Virus record (IMG/VR): IMGVR_UViG_3300027747_002579
Span: 32,001 to 96,000 of that record
Direction: 5' to 3' (one strand)
DNA from: a virus
Length of the DNA stretch: 64,000 bases
The notes beneath the pieces were generated by a model. That model saw only the letters and a program-made list of their open reading frames with translations, searched no databases and was not told the DNA's origin. This document shows positions 37,629 to 47,642 of the stretch, piece by piece (the first letter of the stretch is position 1; each line of letters begins with the position of its first letter). Position numbers and translations under genes: made by a program.

Positions 37629-38637
37629 TTGTTTCTATTTGTGGGTTTAAAATTATATTTCTCAATCTTTCTTGAAATTCAACATTGTCTATTAACAATT
37701 TCTTGAATTCATCAATGTCATATTTCACTTCTTCAAATGTAACAGTTTTTCCGTACTTCTTGATTATTCCATCTTCAGAAGCAATGTCTATCAATTCTTG
37801 CACCTTATCAATACCTTCTCCATAAATAATGTTGAATTCACATTCTTGGAAAGGACTTCCTAATTTATTCTTCTCCACCTTCACCTTAGTGAGATTACCA
37901 AGCTTTATATCACCTTCCATTACAGAATTATCTTTAGTGGTACTTCTACTCACCTTTAGTCTAACGTGAGCATAAAATCTTAATGCGTTGCCTCCTTGTG
38001 TGGTTTCTGGACTTCCAAACATAACACCAATTTTCTCTCTCAATTGTCCTATAAAAATAAATAAAACATTGTATTTAGAAGCAAGTGTGTTAGCCTTCAT
38101 TACAGCTTGATTAAGCATTCTTGCATGAATTCCTAATGTGTTATCACCTAATTCTCCATTAACGATTTTTGAAGGCTGTAGTGAGTTGTAGGAGTCTATT
38201 ACAACAAGTCCTATTTCTCCTGTTTCTACAAGCTTCTCCATTTTATTATATGCACCTTCTCCAGCATGTTCATCTAATTGAATTACATATAATTCTTTTA
38301 GATTTACACCTAACGCTGTAGCATATTTTGCATCTAAAGAATCCTCACCATCCACTAACAAACATTTCACTCCTGCTTTCTGATAGTTTGCCATGATGGT
38401 TTGTGTCAACGTTGATTTTCCTGAAGATTCCCATCCATAAACTTCTAAAATCTTACCACTATTCTTAGGAAGTCCTCCTATACCCAAAGCTCTGTCAAGA
38501 CCTAATGATCCTGTAGAAATAACATCATGATGTTCTTTAGCTTCATTACCATGAATAACACTTCCTCCACCATACTCCTTGTTCAGCTCCTTAATCACTT
38601 CTTCTATAGATTTTTTTGCTTCTTTACTCTTTGCCAT
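37597..38637 (-). CDS. recA: RecA recombinase
   Basis: ISTGSLGLDRALGIGGLP, GWESSGKST, QLREKIGVMFGSPETTQGGNALRFYA; likely start MAKSK at 38637. Confidence 0.95.
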   Translation of the reverse strand: MAKSKEAKKSIEEVIKELNKEYGGGSVIHGNEAKEHHDVISTGSLGLDRALGIGGLPKNSGKILEVYGWESSGKSTLTQTIMANYQKAGVKCLLVDGEDSLDAKYATALGVNLKELYVIQLDEHAGEGAYNKMEKLVETGEIGLVVIDSYNSLQPSKIVNGELGDNTLGIHARMLNQAVMKANTLASKYNVLFIFIGQLREKIGVMFGSPETTQGGNALRFYAHVRLKVSRSTTKDNSVMEGDIKLGNLTKVKVEKNKLGSPFQECEFNIIYGEGIDKVQELIDIASEDGIIKKYGKTVTFEEVKYDIDEFKKLLIDNVEFQERLRNIILNPQIETNDSEIQEDAS

Positions 38638-38812
38638 ATTCTTCTTTTGGTTTAATTGTTTTAATTCCTTTAACATGCTCTGGAAAATATGGACAATGCC
38701 TACATTTGTTTCCGCAGCACACCTCTCTTTCTAAATGATAGAGGGCGGTAAACACCACCCTCCCATCATCTAAATAGTAATGAACATCTTTTATAAATGG
38801 TTTTTTCTCCAT
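38624..38812 (-). CDS. Small Cys-rich protein (DUF5522-like)
   Basis: YHLEREVCCGNKCRHCPY. Confidence 0.7.
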   Translation of the reverse strand: MEKKPFIKDVHYYLDDGRVVFTALYHLEREVCCGNKCRHCPYFPEHVKGIKTIKPKEEYGKE

Positions 38813-38815
38813 ATG

Positions 38816-41674
38816 CTAAATGTTAATTTCACATTGACCACCACCACAAGCTTGTACATCATTAAAGTTTACAGTGTCTTCAACTTCTATCACCTTTGTA
38901 AGATCAATAGTTTTGAGAGATTCTATTCTCCTATTGTATTCTTCTTCAGTAATTTCAGAAAAAGGTGCTTGTACATAACTTCCATTATCATAAGGTAGAA
39001 CACTAATTCCATTATACACATCTCTATTCTCCCACATCCATTGTCCTACAGCTTCCCATTCATCTTTTGATTCAGATTCAAAGTTCACAAAATCATTTGG
39101 ATAATATTTTCTATTCTTATCTATAGAAACTGTAACAGAGACATTGTGCGTATTATCACCATGAATATGTCCTGGTAATATCCATTCTGTAGAAAACTTC
39201 TTTACACGTTCTAATGTATCAATAGCTGTCTCATTTCTAAATATAGAACCTTCTGGAGCTTTAACAGGAATCCTAATGCATACAGTGTCTTTTGGTCTAA
39301 GAATATCGTCTTCACACATTTCAGGATGATGTATCATTAAATAAGCAGCAATGTCTTCATTCTTATTAAATCTCATTGTTCTCAAATAATAAGGAGCATG
39401 CCATGCATGTATTCCTGAAGAAGTTCCTAACACTAATGATGTAGTTCCTGAAGGCTTAATGCATGTAATACGAGCAGCTTCATTAATTCCTATAATAGCA
39501 CTGATGTTACTATTTGTTTCTTTAGCAACAGTTGCTGCTATTTCAAGATTGTATTTAAGAATCTCACCACTACCTATTCCAGTCATTCCTATACCCAATA
39601 AAGCATCTTTATCTGTGGTTTGTTTCCATATAGGTCGTAAATAATGAAAGTCTGTAAATCCTGCTTGCAATGTTCCAAAGAAAGCAGCAGCTCCCACTCT
39701 ATTGCATAAGTCTTCTTGACTTACAATATCAGAAACATTCACTTCACATAAATTGCAAAAAGAGTTTGGACGTAAAGCAATCTCACAATTATGAGCAATC
39801 ACTCCTTCCACCACTCCCCAATGTGTATCATCTTCTAAATTAAAATCAAAAACTTGTTGTGTTGCAGACTCATAAACAGATTTCAAAACTTTAGGAGCTT
39901 TTTCTTTAATTAACTCTTCTAAAGCATTTTGTTTATACGTGTGAATAAAGTTAATTTTTTCAGCAAAGGTTAAAACAGATTGAAACTGTGTTATATTTAA
40001 ATCATAAGATTCTTTGCAAACATAATTACCATTACTAAACGCCACCTCTTTTGATTTATTTGTAGTGTAATAGCAAGCTATATTTTGATTTTCTAAAATC
40101 TTTTTCACTGCAAGAATTAATTCAAGACATGAAGACTTTAAAGAAACTCTATGTTTAGATATAACAGAACCATTTGCAGAATAAAGTCCTTTTAAAAATT
40201 GCAATTGATCTGCTGCTTTCCAATAAAAAATTGTTGATGGTAATTTTCTTTTAGGTAAATTTTCAGAAGAAAATCCTAGAACACTTAACATATTGTTATA
40301 TCCAGACACATATTGATTTCCTGTTTCAGAAAATCCAAATATTTCAGCAACATCTAAATCTTTTTCACCAAAATAAACTTCCATACCTAGATGAGATTGA
40401 GAAGACAGTCTTCCTAAAGCTCCATCGCCCTGAATAAACCCATATTTTGTATATTCAGAAATCTCTTTGTTCATTCTATAGAAAGGCATCACTCTTTTTC
40501 CCACTAAACCTTCAGCAGGAACTTCTTCATTATCTACAGTTAAAAATATGTGATTTGGTGTACATGTAATTTTAGTTGTATCACTTAAACTCAATGTCAT
40601 CACTTCTTTATCACCTGTGCTCCATACAGAAGCAGGAACATATTCTCCATTTTTGTTGATTGCCATAAAGTTTTTTCCTTCAAGACTTTCAAAAGATTCA
40701 TATCCTTCAGCTGTTAGAAGTTTTGTATTTCCTGTAAAACAACAAGGATTGGACATCATATCTCTATTGTTTGTCCAATAAACTCCTGGTTCTCCAGATC
40801 CACTTGCTTCAATTCTTTCCCAAAGAGAATTAAAATCACTCTCTGTAATCTTATCTCTCTCAAGAACAGCACTGTTGTTACATCTTCCTCTCTGCTCGTT
40901 AGTTTCCCACCATTCTCCATATTTACATGTAATCATTTCTTCATCATTATAGTCAAAGAAAGAAATACAAGCACTTCTTCTAATACCTCCTGACAAAACA
41001 CTGTTTGCAATATGGCATATAATATCATGACATTCTAATGGAGAAAGTCTTTCTCCTTCTTTCTTCCTGTCAAGAATTGCTTGAATATGTACAAGACATA
41101 TCTTCAATGGTTCTGGACCAGGAGCTTTACCGCCAGCTGTAACAAGCATTGCTCCTTTTTCTCTAATTGCTCTGAAATCAAAATTAGGAAGAAACTTTCC
41201 TTCTAAATATGATTTCATCAACACTTTAACAGCATCAGCCCACCCTAAAATTGAATCTTCGACAAGATAGGTTTTCTTCTTTCCAGGTTTTTTAATTGTT
41301 GGTAGAGAGTTAACATGATGTTTCTGAACAGAAAAGCCAAATCCACAACCTGACAATAACAAGAACATTGCTTCAGAGAAAGCATATACACTATCAATAG
41401 GAGCATAGCTACAATTGAATCCTCTAGCATTGTTCACTTCCATAGCAGGTCCTGCAAATTGCAGAGCTCTCATAGAAGGTAACACTTTCTTTTCTCTAAT
41501 GAATATTGTAGAAGCTTTGATTGCTTCTGTTAGCGTTGGATATTTCTTCACTAACATTGTTTCATACCTGTCCACTATCTCGTCCCATGTTTCTCTTCTG
41601 TTTTTCTCAGGGATAAATTTTGCATACTTACTAAACACCGTGAGCTTGGACAGCGTGTCAATTCCTAAATCCAT
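38816..41674 (-). CDS. nrdJ: Class II (B12-dependent) ribonucleotide reductase, intein-containing
   Basis: VLPSMRALQFAG, NPC|CEI, CNLCE, TCIKPSGTTS, C-terminal CGGGQCEI. Confidence 0.92.
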   Translation of the reverse strand: MDLGIDTLSKLTVFSKYAKFIPEKNRRETWDEIVDRYETMLVKKYPTLTEAIKASTIFIREKKVLPSMRALQFAGPAMEVNNARGFNCSYAPIDSVYAFSEAMFLLLSGCGFGFSVQKHHVNSLPTIKKPGKKKTYLVEDSILGWADAVKVLMKSYLEGKFLPNFDFRAIREKGAMLVTAGGKAPGPEPLKICLVHIQAILDRKKEGERLSPLECHDIICHIANSVLSGGIRRSACISFFDYNDEEMITCKYGEWWETNEQRGRCNNSAVLERDKITESDFNSLWERIEASGSGEPGVYWTNNRDMMSNPCCFTGNTKLLTAEGYESFESLEGKNFMAINKNGEYVPASVWSTGDKEVMTLSLSDTTKITCTPNHIFLTVDNEEVPAEGLVGKRVMPFYRMNKEISEYTKYGFIQGDGALGRLSSQSHLGMEVYFGEKDLDVAEIFGFSETGNQYVSGYNNMLSVLGFSSENLPKRKLPSTIFYWKAADQLQFLKGLYSANGSVISKHRVSLKSSCLELILAVKKILENQNIACYYTTNKSKEVAFSNGNYVCKESYDLNITQFQSVLTFAEKINFIHTYKQNALEELIKEKAPKVLKSVYESATQQVFDFNLEDDTHWGVVEGVIAHNCEIALRPNSFCNLCEVNVSDIVSQEDLCNRVGAAAFFGTLQAGFTDFHYLRPIWKQTTDKDALLGIGMTGIGSGEILKYNLEIAATVAKETNSNISAIIGINEAARITCIKPSGTTSLVLGTSSGIHAWHAPYYLRTMRFNKNEDIAAYLMIHHPEMCEDDILRPKDTVCIRIPVKAPEGSIFRNETAIDTLERVKKFSTEWILPGHIHGDNTHNVSVTVSIDKNRKYYPNDFVNFESESKDEWEAVGQWMWENRDVYNGISVLPYDNGSYVQAPFSEITEEEYNRRIESLKTIDLTKVIEVEDTVNFNDVQACGGGQCEINI
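39788..40741 (-). mobile_element. Intein (318 aa) with LAGLIDADG homing endonuclease
   Basis: Starts CFTGNT, block B TPNH, YGFIQGDG and FLKGLYSANG motifs, ends VIAHN followed by +1 Cys. Confidence 0.93.
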
Positions 41675-41696
41675 ATTGTTTGTTTTTGATTAAAAA

Positions 41697-41730
41697 TAAA
41701 AAGGGGGTAGTAAAAATACCCCCTTTTATT
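41697..41730 (-). terminator. Intrinsic terminator/hairpin upstream of nrdJ
   Basis: AAAAGGGGGTA...TACCCCCTTTT inverted repeat with T tract on minus strand. Confidence 0.7.
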
Positions 41731-41743
41731 TATATTTCCAAAT

Positions 41744-42430
41744 TTATTTGATGGATTTAATAACAAATCCTGTGTCATCTTTCTTAGCTAGTCCTTTTGC
41801 TCTAAGTCCTACAACAACACCTTGTTCATCCATCCATCTAACATCATCGATGTCACCATCAATCACTCTTACACCATTCCATTCTACAGGAAGACTTTGT
41901 CCCTTCTTAACATCAAACACAACAGCAATATTTGCTTTCTTCTGAATGGCTTTCTTAACATCTTCATTATTTTCTTCGTTTCTACTGAACGTTAAATGAT
42001 AATTAGAAGGAAGAGGATTGTCAAATCTATTTAAGACTTTCGTATAGTCGTAGAATTTAACATTAGGAAACTCTTCCATGATTTTAAAACGTGTCCATTC
42101 AATATCAGAAGTTCCATTAAGACGTACACAAGGAATATAATTTAACTTGTTAGCTTTTTTAACTAATTCTGTTATATCACATTTCAATAAATATATAAAA
42201 GCATCTCTTTGTTCAAAGAAGAGTTTTGTACGTTTTATTCTTGCTTGTTGCACTGTAGAAAACCTTCCCTGTCCTGCTGTATATAGACATGACGTGGTGC
42301 ATCCTTCACTTCTTTTAGGACAAACTTCCCATCCAGATATTTTCCCTGGAGCAAGATAGAGGATGCCTGTAAGCATCCCCTTCTTTTCTCCTTTTATTGT
42401 TTTAGCGTTATTTAGAGTGAGTAAGTACAT
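41744..42430 (-). CDS. Phage gp88-like Cys-cluster protein
   Basis: LYLAP...CP..SEGC...CL, VRLNGTSDI, FYDYTK, HLTFS, DGD..D.R, GLRAKG. Confidence 0.65.
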   Translation of the reverse strand: MYLLTLNNAKTIKGEKKGMLTGILYLAPGKISGWEVCPKRSEGCTTSCLYTAGQGRFSTVQQARIKRTKLFFEQRDAFIYLLKCDITELVKKANKLNYIPCVRLNGTSDIEWTRFKIMEEFPNVKFYDYTKVLNRFDNPLPSNYHLTFSRNEENNEDVKKAIQKKANIAVVFDVKKGQSLPVEWNGVRVIDGDIDDVRWMDEQGVVVGLRAKGLAKKDDTGFVIKSIK

Positions 42431-42776
42431 CTTCTAATATTTTAAAAGCTTCAATAACAGCATCTCTTTCAGCACTGATTCTATCTTTGTAGTTTTTCAT
42501 ATTAATACCATCTCCCACTTTCCACCAAAAAGATCCTTCAAAATAATCAATGTCTATGTATATTCCATTCAAATCAAATATATCAAACAACGATCTTGGA
42601 TTATTATCCACCATCGTTGCTAATTGTTCATCATCAATTTGTATTTCTGATAAACGTTCTTTGTATTCTTCAGGGACATCAGACTTTCTTAAATTTTCAA
42701 TAAACTTCGACACATACCAATCATATATTGCATTTCTACAGAATGGATGACTATTCAACAACTCAATACCTCTCAT
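42408..42776 (-). CDS. Hypothetical protein
   Basis: 122 aa within the operon. Confidence 0.6.
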   Translation of the reverse strand: MRGIELLNSHPFCRNAIYDWYVSKFIENLRKSDVPEEYKERLSEIQIDDEQLATMVDNNPRSLFDIFDLNGIYIDIDYFEGSFWWKVGDGINMKNYKDRISAERDAVIEAFKILEDVLTHSK

Positions 42777-43330
42777 ATATTATCTTTTAATTTTTCAATA
42801 TTTAACACTTCCTTATCCTCATCAAACAATTCCCAAACTTCCATATCGTCTGTGAATTCTACACCAAACTCTTTTTCCCAATGTTCTTTCATGTCTCGTG
42901 TTTTATTGAAGATTCTGTACTGAAGAGAGATTTCGTCTCTATGTAATCCTCCCACCATAAGCTTCAACACTTTAGGAAACAGTTGTTGAAATTCTTTAGA
43001 TGTGAGGGAATATTTACCTTCTTTCACCATAATAAAATCTTTTTTAAATTGATCATTCAACTTATAAACAGATACAACATATCCATCCTCATAATCATAA
43101 TCATCAATAAGATTTGTGCCTTTTCTATCATACTCAGATTCTATAAACTTGTTAAACTTGTCTAAGTTTTTTGGCTTAAACAATAAACACACACTGTCCT
43201 CATATTCCAATTCTCTGAGTTCATCTTTCAAATAAGCATTCAAAAAATTATTGTCTTGCAACTTCTCTCTTCCTATTTTCAATGTAGGAACAAAAAATAT
43301 TGTTGTATTTGTCTTTGTCATTTTCTCCAT
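42773..43330 (-). CDS. Hypothetical protein
   Basis: 185 aa, coupled to neighbours. Confidence 0.65.
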   Translation of the reverse strand: MEKMTKTNTTIFFVPTLKIGREKLQDNNFLNAYLKDELRELEYEDSVCLLFKPKNLDKFNKFIESEYDRKGTNLIDDYDYEDGYVVSVYKLNDQFKKDFIMVKEGKYSLTSKEFQQLFPKVLKLMVGGLHRDEISLQYRIFNKTRDMKEHWEKEFGVEFTDDMEVWELFDEDKEVLNIEKLKDNI

Positions 43331-44364
43331 TATCCTCTAATATTTATTTTACCTCCAGCAATAAAGTTTTTTCTACTAATATTCCACATATCATTTACAA
43401 TAGCCCAATCCAAATCCTTGATAATTTCTCTCACTCCTGGATAATATTTCCCTTTGTGTTCAAATCCTTCAAGAGCTTTCAGATAATCAGAGCTGTCTAG
43501 TGTATAGACAAGAGGATTCATATAGTTTATGCTATCACAAACAATAAACTTTGGATAGAGCACACTATAGTTTTTTAAATCTTCATTCATCTCAACAACA
43601 TGTTGTGCTGCTTTATGGTAGAGATAGGCTTGAATATAAGCTCTTCTATAGAGATAGTAGTCTTCATAAAATCCTTCAACGCTCCATACACATTTCAAGT
43701 CATACACCTGTATAGTTTCTTCTTTATGGTCTATTACCAATTTATCAAAAAGACTCTTAAATGAATGTCCTTCCACTCTATACCCTTCTACAGCAAATTG
43801 ATTGTAAACACTATATCTTTTATCATTCTCTAGATTGACAATGTGTTGTGTTGCAAAATTGGTTTTCAACTCATTGACAATCTTCTCAGCATTCTCTAAG
43901 TCATTAAGCGTAATAACAGAAAGTCCTTTTGTTCTCACCATTATTATTTCTTTGTAATACAACTCAGCATCACTCTTTGCAAACTTGGTGATGACAGCAT
44001 CAAATTTAATTTTGAATCCACTGTCTGTATAAGCCATTCTTGCTATTTCTTCAAAGTCTAATTCTTTGTTCTCTATAGTGTGTTTGTACAAAGCTTCTAC
44101 AAAAGCTAACATAAGTCCTGTAGGAGCACTCAAACATGCTGATAGGTGAAATCTATTCTCCACTTCCAATGGTTCTAATAGAATAGTTTCTACAAGTCTA
44201 CCCATAAGAGAAGCCTGATTTTCTGATTCTTCTGTTTTCTCTCCAAGAACATATCTCTTATAATACTTCTTTCTGTCCATGGAGAACTCTTTCAAACTAG
44301 AAGAGCTATCCAACTTGACAGCTCTATACTCTTTCTCTGTTCTTTTCTTTCCTTTTATACTCAT
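43330..44364 (-). CDS. PD-(D/E)xK exonuclease (RecE/ExoVIII-like)
   Basis: SSSSLKEF, GRLVE, FKSLFDKLVID...YDLK, QAYLY. Confidence 0.7.
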   Translation of the reverse strand: MSIKGKKRTEKEYRAVKLDSSSSLKEFSMDRKKYYKRYVLGEKTEESENQASLMGRLVETILLEPLEVENRFHLSACLSAPTGLMLAFVEALYKHTIENKELDFEEIARMAYTDSGFKIKFDAVITKFAKSDAELYYKEIIMVRTKGLSVITLNDLENAEKIVNELKTNFATQHIVNLENDKRYSVYNQFAVEGYRVEGHSFKSLFDKLVIDHKEETIQVYDLKCVWSVEGFYEDYYLYRRAYIQAYLYHKAAQHVVEMNEDLKNYSVLYPKFIVCDSINYMNPLVYTLDSSDYLKALEGFEHKGKYYPGVREIIKDLDWAIVNDMWNISRKNFIAGGKINIRG

Positions 44365-44588
44365 GGTGTGTAGTTTTTAAAGTTTGGTTTAATTTCTCCT
44401 CCGTCCATTTTATTTGGATAGACGTATACATCATCGTCATAAAAATTACGCACTCTTCCATCTTCGTACAGTATTACCTTCCAGACAGTGTTTACATCTG
44501 GTCCATAGTCTATCCAAGCTATACATTTCCCATAACCTAGAGGAGTTTCTATGTCTATAGGATTTCTAAGTTCATGTATTATTGCCAA
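44361..44588 (-). CDS. Hypothetical protein (start uncertain, likely TTG 44588)
   Basis: IHELRNPIDIETPLGYGKCIAWIDYG...; the longer ORF-track start overlaps the upstream gene. Confidence 0.55.
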   Translation of the reverse strand: MAIIHELRNPIDIETPLGYGKCIAWIDYGPDVNTVWKVILYEDGRVRNFYDDDVYVYPNKMDGGEIKPNFKNYTP

Positions 44589-44944
44589 AATATAAGAATT
44601 GTAGAGATGATGATTAAAATAGATGTGTACGCCCAATATCCTATTGTCTTAGGAATAATGTTTGTCAACCTATCAATAATTGATGTTGTTGTCTCACTAA
44701 TATATGTAAGAGAAATTCCTCTGAAATAATTCAGCGATGTGTTAAATACAGGAATTCTTATTAACAAGAGTCCCATACACATCAAAATATCTCTACTAAT
44801 TACATAAACAACAGCAACAATAGTGCCATACACAAGACCATTTATTCCGTGGTAGATGTGTTCACCTTTCTTAATCTTTTCACTGTCAATTAACGCTAAA
44901 ATTCCATTCAATAGAATGAATGCTAAATAAATACTAATTTTCAT
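44579..44944 (-). CDS. Membrane protein
   Basis: Several hydrophobic helices. Confidence 0.6.
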   Translation of the reverse strand: MKISIYLAFILLNGILALIDSEKIKKGEHIYHGINGLVYGTIVAVVYVISRDILMCMGLLLIRIPVFNTSLNYFRGISLTYISETTTSIIDRLTNIIPKTIGYWAYTSILIIISTILIFWQ

Positions 44945-45176
44945 TTTCCATGTGTTTAAATGCTTTAATAATAACTGGATAGAGAGCCCTCACTTCTTTA
45001 GGTACACTCTTATAAAACCATCTCACTTCTAAATCAAAGTCGTGTGGAGGTTCTCCTTGTGGATCAATTAACCAAAACTTATGTTCTTTTCCTTCCCACT
45101 CTACACTTCCTTCATACCAAAATTCTATGAATGAAGCATTTTTACTAATTTCCATTCTCACTTCTCTATTATCCAT
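44934..45176 (-). CDS. Hypothetical protein
   Basis: 80 aa, overlapping neighbours. Confidence 0.6.
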   Translation of the reverse strand: MDNREVRMEISKNASFIEFWYEGSVEWEGKEHKFWLIDPQGEPPHDFDLEVRWFYKSVPKEVRALYPVIIKAFKHMENEN

Positions 45177-45408
45177 CAGGATTCCATTTGTAGCTTAATA
45201 GCTTATAATCTTTCCCTCCTACATATTTGTTCTGCATCAATCCTGATGTAGCAATCACTTTCTTCTTCAGATCTTCTGGAGAAAGAGTCATTGTTTCTCC
45301 TGCATATTCCACTAAATAATTCTCGTTCTTTTTGATTGCTTCTTCCACTTGAAAATCTTTCAAGTCAGCAATGTTCCCTTTGTACAGTTTTGTTAGTTTA
45401 ATTTTCAT
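45169..45408 (-). CDS. Hypothetical protein
   Basis: 79 aa, coupled. Confidence 0.6.
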   Translation of the reverse strand: MKIKLTKLYKGNIADLKDFQVEEAIKKNENYLVEYAGETMTLSPEDLKKKVIATSGLMQNKYVGGKDYKLLSYKWNPDG

Positions 45409-45797
45409 TTTTTTTCTTTTTGAGTTTTTGTGTTATGACATTTTGAACACAAACATTGTAGCTTTTCAACTTCTACAAACAGTCTTTCTACAAATCCTGG
45501 CAGGTCTTGTGCAGAATTAAGACTTCCTGCTGGGCAAATATGATCTACAGCAACTTCATCTCCTTTAAACCAATTCTTACATTCATTACATTGATATTCA
45601 TATTTCTGTCGTTTATTAAGACCTGTATAGGCACGTCTAGCATTTAATTTACATTCTGTAATGGGTTTCCAATACATTGTTTTTCTTCTTAACGTGCTTC
45701 TAATAAAACTCCAGAAAGCTGATGCAGTCATTGTTCCTGAATTATATGGCTTGTCCACCACTTTTCTTTCTTTCTTCTCTCTTTTTGCTTTTGCCAT
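45405..45797 (-). CDS. Zn-binding HNH nuclease
   Basis: YQCNECK...VDHI...LQCLCSKCHNTKT. Confidence 0.8.
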   Translation of the reverse strand: MAKAKREKKERKVVDKPYNSGTMTASAFWSFIRSTLRRKTMYWKPITECKLNARRAYTGLNKRQKYEYQCNECKNWFKGDEVAVDHICPAGSLNSAQDLPGFVERLFVEVEKLQCLCSKCHNTKTQKEKK

Positions 45798-45812
45798 TGT
45801 ATAAATTTAAAA

Positions 45813-45848
45813 ATTCTCTCCCAAATATAAAAATAAATGGGAGAGAAT
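45813..45848 (-). terminator. Terminator after rIIB-like gene, containing a TATATTTG -7 element
   Basis: 11-bp stem ATTCTCTCCCA/TGGGAGAGAAT with T tract on minus strand; TAnnTTTG at 45822-45829 (minus). Confidence 0.7.
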
Positions 45849-45854
45849 AAATAA

Positions 45855-47336
45855 TTAAATATTATTCACTCTATTAGAAATGGTGTCTTTCATTTCTTCT
45901 AGAGATTTTACAATATTGTTTAGTTCAACAATGTTAATGCTTGGAAGATTGTATTCATACTTCTTCATTTCTACAGCAAATCCTTCATTCACTTTATTCA
46001 TAAGATTGGAAAGCTCATCAACAGCATATTGCTCATCTAATTGTAAGAAGTCAAAATCTCCATCATTCATAATCTCATCTGCTTCTTCAACAGTGGTGGT
46101 CATAAATGGAAGATATTCGTAACATCTACCCTTCTCTGTTCCAATACCCACCACCTTCATAGGATTGATGAGAGTGAATACAGTGGTGTCACCACAAAGA
46201 ACATAAGGAGCTGTATAACCAGCAAAGTGTAATCCTGCTGTAGCACAATCTTGTGTACTCCAATTACAATCTTCTTTAGGCATACTCACTGCTTGACCAA
46301 TACGAATGTCAAATGTTCTACTCCAATTGTCTGTATATCTATTCTCGTGTCTATTGGGAAGATCAAGATAGAGGTCTGTAAGAATTCCTATTTCTTCGCC
46401 TTGATGAATAGGTATTTGAGTGTTGTAAGTGTATTCTTCCACTTGTCCATCTCCATCACATCCTTCACATTCTACATCCCAATCGCTACCAAGTCCTGTA
46501 CCATCACATTCTCTACATTCTGTAGAATACATTATTTCATTTGCATAAAGACTATCCTTGTGGACAATTTTGTATTCTCCATTTTGATAGAAAATTACAT
46601 AATCGTTAGGACTCTTCTTCCATACAGCCTTCACTTTGTTGTATGCGTTTGTAATAAAATCTACAAACTCATTACCCCCATGAACATTTACAACATTCCT
46701 AAGAGCTACAAAAAGTCCTTGTTTGGTAATTTTCATACCATTCTTGTTCAAGAAGTCATAAAGCTTGTCTGCCACTTCTGCTCTTGGATTGAGGCAACAC
46801 CACATAAAAAATCTCTTCAAGCCTTGATATTCATCATTCTCATCAAGACGAAGTTCACCAAAACCTGCACAATACTTTGCAATGTTTATAACATCAACAA
46901 ACCTTTCAACAAGTAATTGAGGAAGACTTCTGTTAATTCCTTTGAGATAGACACTGCCATCTTTTAATTCAAATTCTCCTGTATTCACTAGAATAGAAAA
47001 ACTATCATGGAAAGAACTTATTCTCTCTGCTTCCATTTGTCTTTGCATTTGCTCTGCATAAACATTATCATCAGTGAACACTTGACGAATCTCTTCTATA
47101 GAAGAAGCATTCTTTACATTGTAATAATCCTCAGATGTAGCGTTGATTTTAGAAATCACATCACCATTGTTTAGAACAACAGTGAGAACATCATTAATCA
47201 ATTTAACATTCAAATAAGGAACTTCTCCACTTCTTTCTTGTTCCAACTCTTTCACTGCCTGATTTACCCTAATTTCTACAATTCTGTCTACAGAACTCTT
47301 AATTGCTTCCTTGAACCATTTCAAACTAATACCCAT
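45855..47336 (-). CDS. rIIB: rIIB-like protein with CxxCxGxG zinc-finger insert
   Basis: LNP...LYDFL...ITKQG.FVALR.V, IG..V.M, C..GLH, INP..VV, GRC.EY; downstream of rIIA-like gene. Confidence 0.7.
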   Translation of the reverse strand: MGISLKWFKEAIKSSVDRIVEIRVNQAVKELEQERSGEVPYLNVKLINDVLTVVLNNGDVISKINATSEDYYNVKNASSIEEIRQVFTDDNVYAEQMQRQMEAERISSFHDSFSILVNTGEFELKDGSVYLKGINRSLPQLLVERFVDVINIAKYCAGFGELRLDENDEYQGLKRFFMWCCLNPRAEVADKLYDFLNKNGMKITKQGLFVALRNVVNVHGGNEFVDFITNAYNKVKAVWKKSPNDYVIFYQNGEYKIVHKDSLYANEIMYSTECRECDGTGLGSDWDVECEGCDGDGQVEEYTYNTQIPIHQGEEIGILTDLYLDLPNRHENRYTDNWSRTFDIRIGQAVSMPKEDCNWSTQDCATAGLHFAGYTAPYVLCGDTTVFTLINPMKVVGIGTEKGRCYEYLPFMTTTVEEADEIMNDGDFDFLQLDEQYAVDELSNLMNKVNEGFAVEMKKYEYNLPSINIVELNNIVKSLEEMKDTISNRVNNI

Positions 47337-47399
47337 AATTGTTGTTTTTTCTTGATTTTTAAAAAATGCAGTGGTAAGGATGCTGCACCCCTATTTAAT

Positions 47400-47642
47400 T
47401 TAATTTATTGATGGAGTTAATACCACTTGAATCCTAATGTTTCCAATTTCCCATTCTTTATACAAACATCTTTCAACACGATTTGCATTAACAATTGCGT
47501 CTGGATATCTCTCTAGAGTTTTTTCTGATTGATATCCTTGAAGCCATATTTCATTTTTATAAATGGTTATGCAATAAAAATCATCTGCGTCAATGTCTAA
47601 TTTCAATAATACATCTACCGTGTCTTTCATTTCTTCTCTCAT
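47400..47642 (-). CDS. Hypothetical protein between rIIA and rIIB
   Basis: 80 aa, ATGA overlap with rIIA. Confidence 0.55.
   Translation of the reverse strand: MREEMKDTVDVLLKLDIDADDFYCITIYKNEIWLQGYQSEKTLERYPDAIVNANRVERCLYKEWEIGNIRIQVVLTPSIN

Noticed and set aside
41739-41746. TAAATTTG possible nrdJ promoter
   Set aside because: Overlaps a TAA stop, lies upstream of a terminator-like hairpin and lacks a clear -33 element; may be chance
46251-46916. 221-aa plus-strand ORF opposite rIIB
   Set aside because: No recognisable motifs, opposite to operon direction, composition typical of an antisense shadow
47365-47390. Small TGCAG...CTGCA hairpin upstream of rIIB
   Set aside because: Short stem; cannot support an ncRNA or terminator call
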